Under the pieces are notes generated by a model. It was given only the letters and a program-made list of their open reading frames with translations. It did not search any database and was not told where the DNA came from. From Pseudomonadota bacterium (GTDB taxonomy: Bacteria; Pseudomonadota; Alphaproteobacteria; UBA2136; UBA6156), in assembly GCA_009927255.1 (NCBI GenBank), contig RFNJ01000125.1:1-46246 (forward strand): 46,246 bases of DNA, read 5' to 3'. Both the position numbers and the translations under genes were made by a program. Shown here piece after piece: positions 45,070-46,246 of the stretch. Position 1 is the first letter of the stretch; every line of letters starts with the position of its first letter.

Positions 45070-45993
45070 ATGGTACTCATGAAAAGCTTGATTGGATTGA
45101 TGTTTGCCCAGCGTGGGGCGATGTTTGGGATGGATGCGCGGGTGGCGTTGGTGATTGCTTCGATTTTGGCGGCGGTGGGCGGCTGGCAGATGATGAGCCG
45201 ATTGGAGAGCACCAAGAGTGAGGCGGCGTTGGCGCATTTGGAAATTATCCGCGATGGCCTTGAAAAACATTATGAAACTGTAGGGATTAGCAAGCTGCCC
45301 GATAGCTTGGATGAGCTGTTTAGAGCCAATTTGATAACTGACCCCAGCGTGCGCAAAGACCCGTGGGGGAATGACTGGGAATATGTGCATGCCAGCGCGC
45401 AGATGAAGCTGGAAGATACGCCGATTAGTGCCCAATATGCGGTGGTTTTTAGCCGTGGCAAAAATGGGGTGAATGACTCGGGTGGGTTTGGCAGCGTTGA
45501 GGAATTTGCCGAGTGGGCGCCGCGCAAAGATGACATTGGCACCAAATATATGAGCCGTGAAGTGGAAAAGCGGCGGTTGGATGAGTATCGGGCGCGGGCG
45601 CAGTTGATTATTGATAAGCTGGAATCGGCGGAATCGGCGGCGTTTTTGGAGGCGCAGAACACCTGCAGCGCGGCCGGGGCGCCGGGGTGGTGCGCCGACC
45701 TTGAGGGCAAGAATTATACGCTGTTTAACTACTACCCGAAGAGTGATGCGGATGACACCACGGGGGCGGTTTATTACAGCGAGAAGGTGCTGAACAAGCG
45801 GGTGTATAGCAGCGGAAATTTGGCGGAAATGCAGCAACTTATGATTGATTTGGGGTTGCCGGCCAGCTATGCGCAGGACCCGTGGGGGCGGGTGTTGATG
45901 ATCAACACCAACATTACCGGGCGGACGGTGCCGCCGTTTTCGGCCAGTTTGTGCTTTAGTGCCGGAGAGAATTGCCTTGCGCGCAAGGAATAA
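45070..45993 (+). CDS. GspG-like pseudopilin B with a ~170-aa C-terminal extension
   Basis: Leader ...FAQRG/AMFGMDARVALVIASILAAVGGW. Then ...AALAHLEIIRDGLEKHY......LPDSLDEL......DPWGNDWEYVH...AVVFSRGKNGVNDSGG parallels the GspG core. A second DPWGR motif lies near the C-terminus. Start could be 45052 (GTG), 45070 or 45079. Confidence 0.6.
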   Translation: MVLMKSLIGLMFAQRGAMFGMDARVALVIASILAAVGGWQMMSRLESTKSEAALAHLEIIRDGLEKHYETVGISKLPDSLDELFRANLITDPSVRKDPWGNDWEYVHASAQMKLEDTPISAQYAVVFSRGKNGVNDSGGFGSVEEFAEWAPRKDDIGTKYMSREVEKRRLDEYRARAQLIIDKLESAESAAFLEAQNTCSAAGAPGWCADLEGKNYTLFNYYPKSDADDTTGAVYYSEKVLNKRVYSSGNLAEMQQLMIDLGLPASYAQDPWGRVLMINTNITGRTVPPFSASLCFSAGENCLARKE

Positions 45994-46246
45994 ATCCTTT
46001 TTAAGACAAAAATTTATGAAGCTGGGTGGGTTGTTGCCGTGGGAAAAAGCCACGGGGGTTAAAAATGATAGTGTTTTGGGGGTGATTCCGCGCCAGAATG
46101 AGGGGTTTTGGTGGGGGATTTTGGGTGTTTTTGGAGTGGTATTTGGTATTTATTTGGATTTTTTTGCGGGTGGATTTGGGGTGGGTTTGGGGCATGGTAT
46201 GGGTGGAGTGACGGTGGTGTTGGGGGTGGTTTTGGCACGCTTGGCG

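Noticed and set aside
46199-46246. A possible start of another gene at the window end (ATG GGT GGA GTG ACG GTG GTG TTG GGG GTG GTT TTG GCA CGC TTG GCG = MGGVTVVLGVVLARLA).
   Set aside because: Only 16 codons are visible. Hydrophobic G/V/L strings arise by chance in this G+T-rich DNA. It could be the next component of the secretion-like operon, but that cannot be supported from the window.

Overview
This looks like an alphaproteobacterial chromosomal window: it has a Usg-family gene, a dcw gene order and the tig/clpP/clpX/lon/hupB set. Strand composition is extremely asymmetric, with the + strand G+T-rich over most of the window. All product calls rest on motifs and architecture read by eye; no searches were run.

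- 0-14.3 kb: a dcw cell-wall/division cluster, ftsI-murE-[solute-binding protein]-mraY-murD-ftsW-murG-murC-murB-[small acidic ORF]-ftsQ-ftsA. The usual murF, ddl and ftsZ positions hold unrelated genes. mraY is interrupted by a -1 frameshift at a G_GGA_AAA heptamer. A 100-bp palindromic repeat sits in the former ftsI/murE overlap, flanked by a 19-bp duplication.
- 14.3-20.7 kb: a secreted orphan, phaC, a divergent homoserine-dehydrogenase-like gene, mscL, a repeat array, tRNA-Thr, usg and clpX.
- 20.7-30.7 kb: a block where the strand skew is reversed but patchy. It holds a small opposite-strand ORF splitting clpP from clpX, clpP, a Trm112-fused methyltransferase, an AT-rich orphan, tig, tRNA-His, a LysE-like gene, tRNA-Leu, ligA, tRNA-Val and an ABC-F ATPase.
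- 30.7-38.6 kb: a truncated methyltransferase-like gene, comF, a 35-aa micro-ORF, lon, hupB, tRNA-Val, tRNA-Asp, membrane proteins and a pyrE-like gene.
- 38.8-46.0 kb: a tightly packed 7-gene, highly divergent type II secretion / type IV pilus-like operon. It encodes an ATPase, a platform protein, GspL/M/C-like architectures and two atypical pseudopilin-like proteins. No secretin or prepilin peptidase is present in the window. This is the best candidate for an undescribed system.

No rRNA, CRISPR array, transposase or integrase was seen.
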